61,880 nt of DNA from Deltaproteobacteria bacterium (GTDB lineage: Bacteria > Myxococcota > B64-G9), in NCBI GenBank assembly GCA_030622135.1, contig JAUXGL010000004.1, forward strand, positions 1 to 61,880, written 5' to 3'. The position numbers and the translations under genes were made by a program. Shown here piece by piece: positions 1 to 9,406 of the stretch (position 1 is the first letter of the stretch; each line of letters starts with the position of its first letter). The notes below the pieces were generated by a model. The model searched no databases, was not told the DNA's origin, and worked only from the letters and a program-made list of their open reading frames with translations.

Positions 1-1435
1 CGTCGCAGTCGGCGTCGGTCCGGCAGTACCATTCGTGGTAGCAGCTGCCGTTTTCGCAGTAGTCGCTGGTGTTGGGATCGCCGTCGTCGCAGACCGTCCC
101 GCAGCCGCCGCAGTTGTTCGAGTCGGATGCGGTGTTCGTGCAGGTGCCGGAGCAGCAGGCCTGGCCGACCGCGCAATCGGAGTCGTTTTGGCACTGCGGC
201 GGGCAGCCCTCGTCGATTTGGCCGTCGCAGTCGTTGTCCCGCCCGTCGCAGACCTCGGGTTCGCAGCCGTCGTCGAGCCGGCACAGGCCGTTTTGACAGA
301 CCTGCCCCGCCGGGCAATCGGTATCGGTGTTGCAGGGCAGCAGCTTGACGCAGGTTTCGTTCAGGCAGGCCTCGCCCTGGACGCAGTCCGCGTCAGAGGC
401 GCATTCTCTACAGACGCCCTCGTCGATCAGGCCGTCGCAGTCGTTGTCCCGCCCGTCGCAGATTTCCGGGTTGCAGGACTCGCACTCGCCCACGTGATCG
501 AGCCCGACGCCGGTGCACTGCCGCTCGCAGTCGTTATGATAGGTGACCCGATCAGTGCCGCAGACCGGATCGTAGGGCTCGCCCGGGCAGTCGCAGGCGG
601 CCGCGCACACGCCGTTTTCGCATTGCATGCCCGCGGGGCAATCCGCGTTGTTCGTGCAGAGGTTCTGTCCGCAAGTCCCCTGGTGGGCGAGCGCCACGCC
701 GGTGCAGTCGAGCTCGCACGCGTTGGCGTAGGTGTTTCTATCCACGCCGCAGACGGGCTGATATGATTCGTTTTTGCATTGTGGACAGGGATCTTCCTTT
801 TGGCAGACGCCGTTTTTACAGGCGTAGCCCTGCGGACAGTCGTTGTCCGCCGCACAACCCGTGTTGCATATGCATTCCGACGGACAGCCCTGGTTGTTGC
901 GTTGGAACCCGGTGGCGCAGTAGCCCCCGCAGGGCATGGGCTCACACGGGGCCTTGTCGCAACCCAAGCTGCAGTCCACCTGTACCAGGTAGTCGCCCAT
1001 GGCGCCGGCCACGTTCTTGACCAGGATCAGGTAGTCTCCCGTCTGGTTCAAAGACACGTCCCACAGGACGGCCTGCACGCCTCTCTTGGGAAGGTTGTAG
1101 GTGATGGGCGCGCCAAAGAGGCCGTTGTACATGCGGGGCCCGTACAGGGCGACGGCCGGTGCCGCGTCGACGTCATTGGCCCGGACGGCCATGCCGATCG
1201 TGGCGTCGCCGGCGGTGGCGAAGATGTGGCCCGAGAATGGACGATCCTTGGAGAAGCTAGCAGCCCGGTCGGTTCCGAACGGCAGGGTTTTGGGATCCAG
1301 CGTCACTTGTTGTTCCAACCCGGCCGTGTTTATCAAAAGCGGGGGTGCCCAGTTCAGTTGATACTCGCCGCAGGAGGCCAGCCAAAGACCGAGTAAAAGT
1401 AGTACGGAAATTCGAATAAATATTCTTCGGCTCAT
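1..1435 (-). CDS. Cys-rich surface lipoprotein with two Kazal-type domains and two MopE-like 'CDGxDNDCDG' putative metal-binding motifs (3' end runs off the window)
   Basis: Hand translation of the minus strand from ATG 1435 (GGAGGAG RBS upstream): MSRRIFIRISVLLLLGLWLASC (lipobox), then PVCGVDRNTYANACELDC and PVCGTDRVTYHNDCERQC (Kazal), EICDGRDNDCDGLIDEG and EVCDGRDNDCDGQIDEG, and CxxDxDC repeats. It is absent from the ORF track because no stop occurs inside the window. Confidence 0.85.
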   Translation of the reverse strand, partial: MSRRIFIRISVLLLLGLWLASCGEYQLNWAPPLLINTAGLEQQVTLDPKTLPFGTDRAASFSKDRPFSGHIFATAGDATIGMAVRANDVDAAPAVALYGPRMYNGLFGAPITYNLPKRGVQAVLWDVSLNQTGDYLILVKNVAGAMGDYLVQVDCSLGCDKAPCEPMPCGGYCATGFQRNNQGCPSECICNTGCAADNDCPQGYACKNGVCQKEDPCPQCKNESYQPVCGVDRNTYANACELDCTGVALAHQGTCGQNLCTNNADCPAGMQCENGVCAAACDCPGEPYDPVCGTDRVTYHNDCERQCTGVGLDHVGECESCNPEICDGRDNDCDGLIDEGVCRECASDADCVQGEACLNETCVKLLPCNTDTDCPAGQVCQNGLCRLDDGCEPEVCDGRDNDCDGQIDEGCPPQCQNDSDCAVGQACCSGTCTNTASDSNNCGGCGTVCDDGDPNTSDYCENGSCYHEWYCRTDADCD

Positions 1436-1744
1436 TCCACTCCTCCAAGGGGAGTATTTGCACGAATGATACCAGCATCTGCGATCATGTCCAACTACAA
1501 GAAACCCCAGCGTTATTGTCCAAAATAGCGGGAAACAACGGGGGACGGAGGCAGGTTGCGCCGACAAGGGATCTTGTCACCTGGGCTCCCTGTATTCCAA
1601 CCCATTTGATTCCTTGGGTTTCTTTTTATGAAGGGGGGCGGGTGGATGACAATCTTTTTTGACAGTTGGCTTTACCGATAACCCTTCAGAAAGAGTTGTC
1701 GCGGATCGGCACGGACGGGACGGACACCGGCTCAGCTTTCCAGC

Positions 1745-3289
1745 TCACAGCGCCAGTGAGAAGCCCAGGAGGGCGGAGGGGAATAAGGCGGGCTGGATGT
1801 GGTCGTCGAGCTTGAGCATTCCCAGCAGGGCCTCCGCTTCGACCGTGATCGAGAAGGATCGCGTCAACCGAAGGAGCAGGCCGAGCCTGGGGCCGAAGGC
1901 CATCGACAACGTGGCGCCGGAGACTTCTCCATCCACGCTTTGCCAGACGAATCCCGGGCCGGCCTCGATGCCGATCCAGGCGCCGAACCATTCCCGGGCA
2001 AACCCGAGGGAATACCCCGCCCGCAGCTGGATCATTTGCTCGTAGAAGGAGTCATCGGTACCGGCCCCGAACATTCCCTGGACGGCGAAGCTCCAGCCGA
2101 CGGGCCGGCCTCGCTCCAGGGCTATCCGCAGCGTGCCGCCGGTCCCGAGCCGGTCGGCCACGCCCTGGGCGAGGCCTCCCGAGAGGGCCAGGCGCCAGAC
2201 GGCAGGCTCCCATTCGTGCCGTACGCTCACGCCCGGCGTGCCCTTGGCCAGGGCCACCTCCGCGCGCCCGATGGCCTTCAGATCCGCCCAGTCGATCCGG
2301 CGAACTCGGTCCCGGGGTAGGTCGATCCGGGCTGCAAAGACCTTTCCCCGGTGCACCACCCGGACGGCGTAGCCGCCGGGAGGCAGCGCCAGGGCGCGGG
2401 CGGAGGCCGCGGTGAGCTCGGCCACCACCTGGTCGCGCGCCAGCTGAATGATCAGGGCCCGATCGAAATCGTCTGGAAGCAGGATGCCCGACGCTACCTG
2501 GTCGAGGAACGAAAGGACCAACTCGCCCTGGCCGGTAAGGCGCATGTCGTAGGTGGGGTGATGGGGGCCCTCGAGGGTCGCCGTGCTGCTGGAGACCGTG
2601 CGGTCGTACGCGTACCGGTAGGCCTCGTTCAAGGTGACCCGCCGATCCGCCGAGATGTCCGCCGCGCCCCGCAGCCCGGAGACCAGATGATGGGTGAAAA
2701 AGCTGCCCCGCACCTCCCGAGACTCCAGGGCGACCTCGTCCGCCGCGCTGGCAGCCAGGATCACCTCCCCGCTGGCATTGAGATCGTCGGTCAGGCGGAT
2801 GGTGAAAGGCGGCGCCGGTTTTCCTCCCTTGGCCAGCGTGGCCGCGCCGCTCTTGCAGGCGTCGATGATCACCACGCGCACGTCCGCGCCGGTGCCGGCG
2901 AGCAGTTCCCTGAGCCGACTGAAGCTCAGCTTCTCCCGGCCAAGTTCCAGGGCTTCGCCGTCGCTGTGTCCCGAGTAGTAGAAAAGGAGCAACGCCCGCA
3001 CGTCGGGCGCCCGGTGGGCCGCCGCCACGTGTCCGGCCGCATCCGAGATGGCTCGCTCCACTTCAAAAAGCGAACGGCCCTGTAACAGCAGTACGTCGCC
3101 GCCGGACACCTTGCCGATCTCCCGGAGCACCCGGGCGAACTTGCCGGCGTCGCTCTCGGCATAGCGCAGGAGCGGACGACCCCCATGTCCGGTGTTGTGA
3201 CCCACCACCACGGCGATCCGCCGGGTTTCGGCCTGTGCCTGCGAAGCGACCGCGAGCACGCAGGCGCAGACGATCAGCCAACGCATCAT
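1745..3289 (-). CDS. Secreted caspase-family (peptidase C14) protein with C-terminal beta-barrel-like region
   Basis: Signal peptide MMRWLIVCACVLAVASQAQA; catalytic dyad motifs YYSGHSDG and IIDACKSG; amphipathic beta-strands ending GFSLAL. The start overlaps the upstream stop (ATGA). Confidence 0.88.
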   Translation of the reverse strand: MMRWLIVCACVLAVASQAQAETRRIAVVVGHNTGHGGRPLLRYAESDAGKFARVLREIGKVSGGDVLLLQGRSLFEVERAISDAAGHVAAAHRAPDVRALLLFYYSGHSDGEALELGREKLSFSRLRELLAGTGADVRVVIIDACKSGAATLAKGGKPAPPFTIRLTDDLNASGEVILAASAADEVALESREVRGSFFTHHLVSGLRGAADISADRRVTLNEAYRYAYDRTVSSSTATLEGPHHPTYDMRLTGQGELVLSFLDQVASGILLPDDFDRALIIQLARDQVVAELTAASARALALPPGGYAVRVVHRGKVFAARIDLPRDRVRRIDWADLKAIGRAEVALAKGTPGVSVRHEWEPAVWRLALSGGLAQGVADRLGTGGTLRIALERGRPVGWSFAVQGMFGAGTDDSFYEQMIQLRAGYSLGFAREWFGAWIGIEAGPGFVWQSVDGEVSGATLSMAFGPRLGLLLRLTRSFSITVEAEALLGMLKLDDHIQPALFPSALLGFSLAL

Positions 3290-4044
3290 GGCAATTCCTT
3301 CTCGAAATCGAAGACGACCACGTGCCGGGCGCCGGTTATTTCCTCGGCGGTCGGCGGCTTGTCGCCGACCCGGCGCAACGATTCCATAACCTCCTCGACC
3401 AAGAGAGGGGAGTTGGAAAACACGGAGATGATCCGTTCTGTTCCCGGTGCCTCGTCCAGCTCGATACTGCCGGGCAGCTCGGCGCGGCCGGGCCGGAGCT
3501 CTCCGCTGCCGGCCGCTTTGGGTGGGTGGTACAGGCTCAGCGCGCCGGTCGCGCTTTGGGAAACGATTAGCAGGTACCGGGATCCCGCCGGCTCGATCAC
3601 GAAACGGATCCGGTCCCCGGGCCTGAGCCGGTCCCCCGGCCTGACTGTGAACACGGATTCTCCCCGCTTGGCGTAGATGCGCAGGGCGGGATCCCCCTTG
3701 ACTCGCACGGCGCCGCGACCGTTGCCGGTGTCCACGGATGTAAGGATCACCACGAGGAGCGCCACCGCTACCGTGGCCCCCGCGAGCGGCAGGGCCACCC
3801 ACAATCTCCAGGCCGTCCCGCGCGAACCGCCCCGCGCCTGGGCCCTTTTGACGACATCAAAGGCGGTCCGGGGCAGCACACTCTCCTGGAAGACCTGGTA
3901 GTCGTCCTCGATCGCCCGGAAGGCCGCCTGGCAGCCAGGGCAGGCGCTCAAGTGCGACTCGACCTCGGCCCGGGCATCGAGCGGCAAGATGCCCAGCTTG
4001 TAGCCGTCGAGAACGTCCGCCGAGAGATGACCTCGATCGTTCAT
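3286..4044 (-). CDS. Membrane-bound anti-sigma factor (zinc-binding HxxxCxxC) with C-terminal DUF4384-like domain
   Basis: HLSACPGC motif, one TM helix, then PGDRIRF...LPGSIELDEAPGTE; lies directly downstream of an ECF sigma. Confidence 0.8.
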   Translation of the reverse strand: MNDRGHLSADVLDGYKLGILPLDARAEVESHLSACPGCQAAFRAIEDDYQVFQESVLPRTAFDVVKRAQARGGSRGTAWRLWVALPLAGATVAVALLVVILTSVDTGNGRGAVRVKGDPALRIYAKRGESVFTVRPGDRLRPGDRIRFVIEPAGSRYLLIVSQSATGALSLYHPPKAAGSGELRPGRAELPGSIELDEAPGTERIISVFSNSPLLVEEVMESLRRVGDKPPTAEEITGARHVVVFDFEKELP

Positions 4045-4097
4045 TGTTCGACTCCCGTGAAAAACTCCAACCGACACACTTTTTAACCACAACGGGC

Positions 4098-4622
4098 TCA
4101 TCCAGATGAAATCTTTTTACCGGGCCGGACACGCCCCCTTCCGGCGAGGATCTTCCTGGCCCGGGCGCGAAAGTCGTTCAGCCGGTTTATCACCGTACGG
4201 GTGGAGATGCCCAGCACCTCGGCGACCCCGCTCTGGTCCATGTCGTCGAGGTAGTACAGCACGGCCGGCGCGCGCAGCTTTTTGGGCACCTGGGTCAGCA
4301 GCCGCCTGACCACGTCCCGGTCGAGCAGGCCCCGCTCGGCGTCTGGCTGTGCCGGCTCGGGCCAGTTGTCCAGGGAGCCGATTCTTTTCTCGCGGTCGCG
4401 CACCACGTTCAGGCAATAATTGGTCGAGATCCGGTACAGCCACTTGAGCGCCCCGAGGTCGTCCGAGGGAACCTTCTTCAGGTGGCGGCAGGCCCGCACG
4501 AAGACCTCCTGCACCGCGTCCTCGGCCTCCCGCGCGTCTCGAAGCACGCGCCTGCACCTCGAGTATATGGCCGGCCCGAACCGCCGGTACAGATGCTCAA
4601 TCCGCTGCTCTCGAAGAACCAT
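4098..4622 (-). CDS. ECF RNA polymerase sigma factor
   Basis: Region 2 motifs EAEDAVQEVF and WLYRISTNYCLN; region 4 HTH VAEVLGISTRTVINRL. Confidence 0.93.
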   Translation of the reverse strand: MVLREQRIEHLYRRFGPAIYSRCRRVLRDAREAEDAVQEVFVRACRHLKKVPSDDLGALKWLYRISTNYCLNVVRDREKRIGSLDNWPEPAQPDAERGLLDRDVVRRLLTQVPKKLRAPAVLYYLDDMDQSGVAEVLGISTRTVINRLNDFRARARKILAGRGRVRPGKKISSG

Positions 4623-4852
4623 GATCGCGCAGATTGTCTACCATACGCGGCCGCAGTTCAAGCCGTGCTTCGGGCAAGATTCGAACCCTTGGTAGTCACG
4701 CTGTCCCTCGATTTCCTATGGTTGCTGCAATCGCATTTATCCGGGTACAACCCCCCGCACGCTCCATGGGTGAAAACTATTCAAGGCTTTTGCCTGTCGC
4801 TTACCTGCCCGGGATATAGTAGGGTGGACCTATTGGGATCGGAGAAACCGAT

Positions 4853-5407
4853 ATGTCAAAGGCGTATTTCCGGCCTCTCGGGTTATATGAGCCGAAGCGA
4901 AAAAAACTGAACAAGCGCGATTTTTGGTCTTTTATTGTAGCTTTTTTCTTGTCCGTTTTGTGTCTGAGTTGCGGTGGAATACGCAGTGACCCGCTCAGCG
5001 ATGAAGAAATCAGCCAACTTACCTATCCCGAGCGCATTGAGATTTGGTGTACCCATTTTGTGGCCTGTCTGCCTCCCGACACTTCCTCGATAAGCAAATG
5101 CATAATGCTTTTTGGCGGTATGCGAATATCGGATGCGTGTATACAGGCGTCTCGGAAGATCAACTGTAAAGAGAGTGACCAAATCAGGTCCGACTACCGA
5201 AGTGCCTGTTGGGAATCATGTACCGGCGATTGGTACCAATGCGATGGAGACGTTCGGTATGATTGCTTTCAACAAGATCTGATGGTCTTCGATTGTGAAG
5301 CCAAGTGCTACTATAGCTATTCGGCCGCCTATTCCGGACACTGCGGTCGAGTCAGTCCCGACGGCGAAAACATTGTGGATCATGATATCTGCTGGTGCAA
5401 TCTGTAG
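4853..5407 (+). CDS. Cys-rich hypothetical lipoprotein
   Basis: Hydrophobic stretch ending LSCGG and many Cys; DNA visibly AT-richer than neighbours; exact start uncertain. Confidence 0.7.
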   Translation: MSKAYFRPLGLYEPKRKKLNKRDFWSFIVAFFLSVLCLSCGGIRSDPLSDEEISQLTYPERIEIWCTHFVACLPPDTSSISKCIMLFGGMRISDACIQASRKINCKESDQIRSDYRSACWESCTGDWYQCDGDVRYDCFQQDLMVFDCEAKCYYSYSAAYSGHCGRVSPDGENIVDHDICWCNL

Positions 5408-5427
5408 TAATTTCCCGACACCATGGA

Positions 5428-7128
5428 TCACTTCAACGACCGGATCAGCCGTTCATAGTCGGTGCGTAATCGCTTGGGAGTGTTGGGCATCTTCAATGCG
5501 ATGATGAAAACGATCTGTTCCGGCAGGATTTGCACCCACTGGTAGATCGCCCCGCCGGTCTTGGCGGTCAACTGGACGGCGAATGTCGGATGGTCCATGC
5601 CGCTCATCTCTCGGATGTCTCCCCGGGGCTTAAGCTCGGGCGGCAGGTTGTTCCACGAAGACTGCATGATCGTCTCAGCGAATTGGCGCGGGACGGCCAG
5701 TTCATCCGCCGGGACCTTTCCCACTACTATTTCGACCATGATCGGATCGACCCCCACCCGTCCAAACAGGTGGTTCTCGAAGCCGGAAGGCATGGCTTTG
5801 ACCTGTTGCTGATCGGCGATGACGGCCGGCAACTCGATTGACCGGCCCGATTGTCCGAGCTGCCTGCTCACCCAGGATGGATCCGAGCCTGTCCAGGGAG
5901 TGCCCTGGGCGAGAGCGACAATCGGGCATACCAGCAGCAAGCACCCGCTCAACCCGGCCACGGGCGAAAGCCACGACCGATGGTGTTCGAGCCTGAGCTG
6001 TGGAACGGGTGCCGAGCCTCCTTCCTCTCTCTTGAATGGACGCGGGAGCAAGACGCCGCTGGCGATGAGCAGCAGGCCGGCCAGCCCGCCTCCCAGATGG
6101 GCAAACAAGTCCACCTGGGGATGGAACGAGACCAGCACGTTGATCACCAGGGTGATCAAGGCATGGCGCTTGAGGCCCACCACCAGCATTTCGGGGAGCA
6201 AGTCGCGCGCCCGAAAGGCCAGGAGTGCGCTGGCGGCCAACAAGCCCCACAAGGCGCTCGAGGCTCCCACACTGACGAAAGCCCCGGAAAACAGGGAGCT
6301 GGCCAGGTTACCCAGCAGCCCGGCGCCGGCAAACAGGATGATGAAACGCCTGAATCCCAACAATCGCTCCAGAAACAGTCCCAGGGTCAACAGGACCAGC
6401 ATGTTACCCAGGAAATGGTCGACACTGCCGTGGAGAAACAACGCGCTGATCAGACGATAGGGTTCGGCGCCAAGCGATTCGGCCGGGACATTGCCGCCCA
6501 TCTGAACCAGTGTGGGGACGAACCCCGGAGCGCCCCAAACGAACTGAAGCACGAACAATAAAGCCGCGAGGGCAAACAACGACCACACCGCCCAGGCTGG
6601 TCTCTTCTTCATCCGGACATAGAATTCTCTCATCTCCTGCAGGTGATCCCTGGACTCCGGGACGGTTTGGGCCAGCCGCTGAAGGACCGAGTCGTCGACG
6701 GGCTCGAAGGTGGCCTTTCGAAACGACTTGAGCTGCCGGTACAGACGCCCGCTGGACACGATCGCCTGGCCGCCCCACAGCTTGCGGCGGTCGTCGAGAT
6801 GGAAGACGTTGACCACCCGCTGTATTTGCAAGAAGGGGCGGAGCTTCTGCAACCGCTTGCGGATGCGCTTGTCTCCACCCAAAACGACCAGACCGAGATT
6901 GCCGAAGGGCAGGCCCCGGATCCAGTTGCGCATGTCGACGAGCTGCTCCTCGAAGCGCGTCTCGTCGTACTTGACCACCAGGGCCAATTGGTTCCACGAG
7001 AACGCCACGACCGCCCGATCTTCCTCCAGGGCCAGCAACCTGATCTTCGACTTGCCGCCGAGCTCCAGTTGATTCAGGAACAGGGCGAAATCAAGATCGT
7101 CTTCGGTTGGACTCGGACGGGATGTCAA
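5428..7128 (-). CDS. Rhomboid family intramembrane serine protease with N- and C-terminal soluble extensions
   Basis: YRLISALFLH, HFLGNM, catalytic GASS and AHLGG; TTG start overlaps the stop of the upstream gene. Confidence 0.9.
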   Translation of the reverse strand: MTSRPSPTEDDLDFALFLNQLELGGKSKIRLLALEEDRAVVAFSWNQLALVVKYDETRFEEQLVDMRNWIRGLPFGNLGLVVLGGDKRIRKRLQKLRPFLQIQRVVNVFHLDDRRKLWGGQAIVSSGRLYRQLKSFRKATFEPVDDSVLQRLAQTVPESRDHLQEMREFYVRMKKRPAWAVWSLFALAALLFVLQFVWGAPGFVPTLVQMGGNVPAESLGAEPYRLISALFLHGSVDHFLGNMLVLLTLGLFLERLLGFRRFIILFAGAGLLGNLASSLFSGAFVSVGASSALWGLLAASALLAFRARDLLPEMLVVGLKRHALITLVINVLVSFHPQVDLFAHLGGGLAGLLLIASGVLLPRPFKREEGGSAPVPQLRLEHHRSWLSPVAGLSGCLLLVCPIVALAQGTPWTGSDPSWVSRQLGQSGRSIELPAVIADQQQVKAMPSGFENHLFGRVGVDPIMVEIVVGKVPADELAVPRQFAETIMQSSWNNLPPELKPRGDIREMSGMDHPTFAVQLTAKTGGAIYQWVQILPEQIVFIIALKMPNTPKRLRTDYERLIRSLK

Positions 7129-8243
7129 AAGCTGACTCCCAGCAGCAACCCCCCGCCCCCCGGCGCGACGTAAGGCGACAGGCTGATTACGCCCGCCGGG
7201 CTCGCTCGGGAGCCCGACGCCCGCCTGTTTTCCGTAATCCCCAGCTCCTCCCTCAACCTCTGGTTGCGCTTGTCCGCCAGCTCGCGGGCCTCGGGAGCCG
7301 ACACGGGATGAGGGTTGATGAAAAGCTGTCCTATAAAACCGACAATTGAACCTGCTCCCATGATCGCCAGCCCAATATACACCGCTGAATAGTTACGTTC
7401 TTCACATATTCCATATTCACCTTTCTTAGAGCAGGATAGGCCCACTGCCAACCCGTAGGTCATTCCTCCCAACACTGCTCCATAACCAGCGATCATAAGC
7501 CCCCACCTCCATCCGGTTCTTGTCCGGTAGGATGACGCCAGATCCGGCCTGCCGACCTTTTCGTAGAACTCCGCTCCCTCGATGGGCTTCTTGTACTTTC
7601 CCTCGTAAGGCACGGTCCAGGTCGCCACCAGTTGGCCGGTGGCGGCGTTGATCACTCCCCCGTCGGCGAACCAGATCTTGCGCTTCTCGTACTCCTCGAC
7701 GGCATTGTCGCCGGCGTCCTTCTGCCCCTCGATGATCTTGGAGACCGTCTCGGCCGCGCGGGTGCCCACGCCCTTGCCGCTGCTCTCGGAGGATCCCCGG
7801 GGGACCAGGCGGCTGCCCGCCTCGACGGTGAAGGCCGAGAGCGTCTTTCCCTCCCGGTCGTAGAAGGTAACCACCGCCGTGGGCTCTTCCGCCGACGCGC
7901 CCGGAAACACGCGCAGGACGGCCACCCGATCCACGGGCAGCCCGGCCGCCTTGCCGACGATGGACCGGTCGTCAAGGCCGGCCAATGTCCCCAGGGCATC
8001 GTCGCTCATGACCATCCGGACCTTCGAGCAGGCCCGCAGGACCTTCTGAAGCTCGCCGGCCGCGGAGCGCAGGACCGGACGGCTCTCTCCGCCGGCCGCC
8101 ACCAGGATTCTCAAGCTTTCCCCCTCCAAGTAGGTCTCCAGGCTTTCCCGCCCGAAGGCTTTGGACCAATCGACGGCCCGGGCCGGCAGGCCTGCCAGAA
8201 GGCCCAGGATCGCCGCAAGCAATACAGTCGTAATTCTTTTCAT
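7125..8243 (-). CDS. Exported hypothetical protein with two-helix hydrophobic hairpin and C-terminal beta-signal-like tail (paralog of 10432-11550)
   Basis: AGGAGG RBS and signal peptide MKRITTVLLAAILGLLAGLPARA; shares LPVDRV..RVF.GA, TAVVT.YD and VGR.DLA with the paralog; ends LLLGVSF. Confidence 0.8.
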   Translation of the reverse strand: MKRITTVLLAAILGLLAGLPARAVDWSKAFGRESLETYLEGESLRILVAAGGESRPVLRSAAGELQKVLRACSKVRMVMSDDALGTLAGLDDRSIVGKAAGLPVDRVAVLRVFPGASAEEPTAVVTFYDREGKTLSAFTVEAGSRLVPRGSSESSGKGVGTRAAETVSKIIEGQKDAGDNAVEEYEKRKIWFADGGVINAATGQLVATWTVPYEGKYKKPIEGAEFYEKVGRPDLASSYRTRTGWRWGLMIAGYGAVLGGMTYGLAVGLSCSKKGEYGICEERNYSAVYIGLAIMGAGSIVGFIGQLFINPHPVSAPEARELADKRNQRLREELGITENRRASGSRASPAGVISLSPYVAPGGGGLLLGVSF

Positions 8244-8348
8244 GATGCCTCCTTTCCTTTGGCGAATATAACCCCTAAACCGGCCTACGAGTGAAAACAA
8301 TTTGATCGGACGGGCGCCGAGTGCTAGTCTCGCAGGCTTGGAGGAGGC

Positions 8349-9191
8349 ATGTTTCGCATACGAAACCAGGCGTTTTGGATCGTTGCGGTCGTGGTTGTGC
8401 TGCCGGTTGCGGTGGCGGCCGGAGACGATCCGCTGTTCGCCCTGGAAAAGAAGCAGCAGGCGCTTTTCGAGCGCGTCGCCCCCTCGGTGGTGTTCATCTC
8501 CAATCCCCACGGGCTCGGTTCCGGATTCTTCGTTAGCAGGAATGGGCTGGTGCTGACCAACCAGCACGTGGTGGGCAAGGGGAACCTTGTGGACGTGGTG
8601 CTGCACGACGGCACCAGGCTTCAGGGCACCGTGGTGGAGCGCGCCCCCGAGAAGCTGGATCTGGCCCTGGTGCAGGTCGAGGCCGCAAAGGCCCCGGTGC
8701 TGCCGGTCGGGGGTATGTTCGATCTGCTCGTGGGCAGCTGGGTGGCCTCGGTGGGGCACAACCGCGGGGGCATCTGGACCTTCAACACCGGCATGGTGTC
8801 CAACATCTATCCGGCCGGTTCCGAGCGGCCGGTCTTCCAGACCCAGATCCCCCTGAACCCGGGAAGCTCCGGAGGGCCGATCGTCGACCGCCTGGGTCGG
8901 GTGGTGGGCGTCGTCACCGCGGGGCTTGTCGACTCCAACAGCATCAACTTCGGCATCCGCATGGACGTGGCCATCCGTAGCCTGCGCAAGTTGGCCGACA
9001 TCAGCGATGTCCTGACCATCACCGCCCCGAAGGGGGTTGCCGTCTTCGTGGACGGCAAGATGGCGGGGACGGGCCCGCGAGTGGTGATCCCGGCCGATCC
9101 CGGAACCCACGAGATCTTCGCGGTCATCGGCGGCAAGATGAAGAAGATCAAGATCCGCTACCCCGAGCGGCGCCTGGTCGAACTGAAATAA
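8349..9191 (+). CDS. Trypsin-like (S1, HtrA-like, no PDZ) serine protease with short PEGA-like C-terminus
   Basis: GSGFFVS, TNQHVV (His), DLA (Asp), LNPGSSGGP (Ser); signal peptide; GGAGGAGG RBS. Confidence 0.9.
   Translation: MFRIRNQAFWIVAVVVVLPVAVAAGDDPLFALEKKQQALFERVAPSVVFISNPHGLGSGFFVSRNGLVLTNQHVVGKGNLVDVVLHDGTRLQGTVVERAPEKLDLALVQVEAAKAPVLPVGGMFDLLVGSWVASVGHNRGGIWTFNTGMVSNIYPAGSERPVFQTQIPLNPGSSGGPIVDRLGRVVGVVTAGLVDSNSINFGIRMDVAIRSLRKLADISDVLTITAPKGVAVFVDGKMAGTGPRVVIPADPGTHEIFAVIGGKMKKIKIRYPERRLVELK
9117..9191 (+). repeat. 75-bp exact direct repeat, copy 1 (3' end of protease gene; copy 2 at 12339-12413)
   Basis: ttcgcggtcatcggcggcaagatg...gaactgaaataa is identical in both copies, followed in both by ttttttcactctgcaaYctcttc. 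Confidence 0.95.
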
Positions 9192-9406
9192 AACTTTTTT
9201 CACTCTGCAATCTCTTCGTGGGTTATCCGAACAGTAGACGGCCGTGTGGACATCGCCCTCACGAGTGACTTCCACCGGGCCGACGCCCAGGCCGGCAATG
9301 GGGTGCTCTGGAGGTAAGAATTGTGAGCCGCGGGCCTGCATACGCTGCTCGGAGGGAGTAACCCGTTGGTTCCTATGCTTATTTTTGGAGTGCCGGATGA
9401 AATTTT

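Noticed and set aside
35-1396. Plus-strand ORFs 35-766 and 779-1396
   Set aside because: Antisense shadows of the Cys-rich lipoprotein on the minus strand.
3290-3802. N-terminal extension of the 685-aa caspase ORF
   Set aside because: Overlaps the anti-sigma gene in another frame; the signal peptide and ATGA coupling place the start at 3289.
8244-9341. First half of the 738-aa minus-strand ORF
   Set aside because: Antisense to the trypsin gene; the RBS and signal peptide place the real start at 8243.
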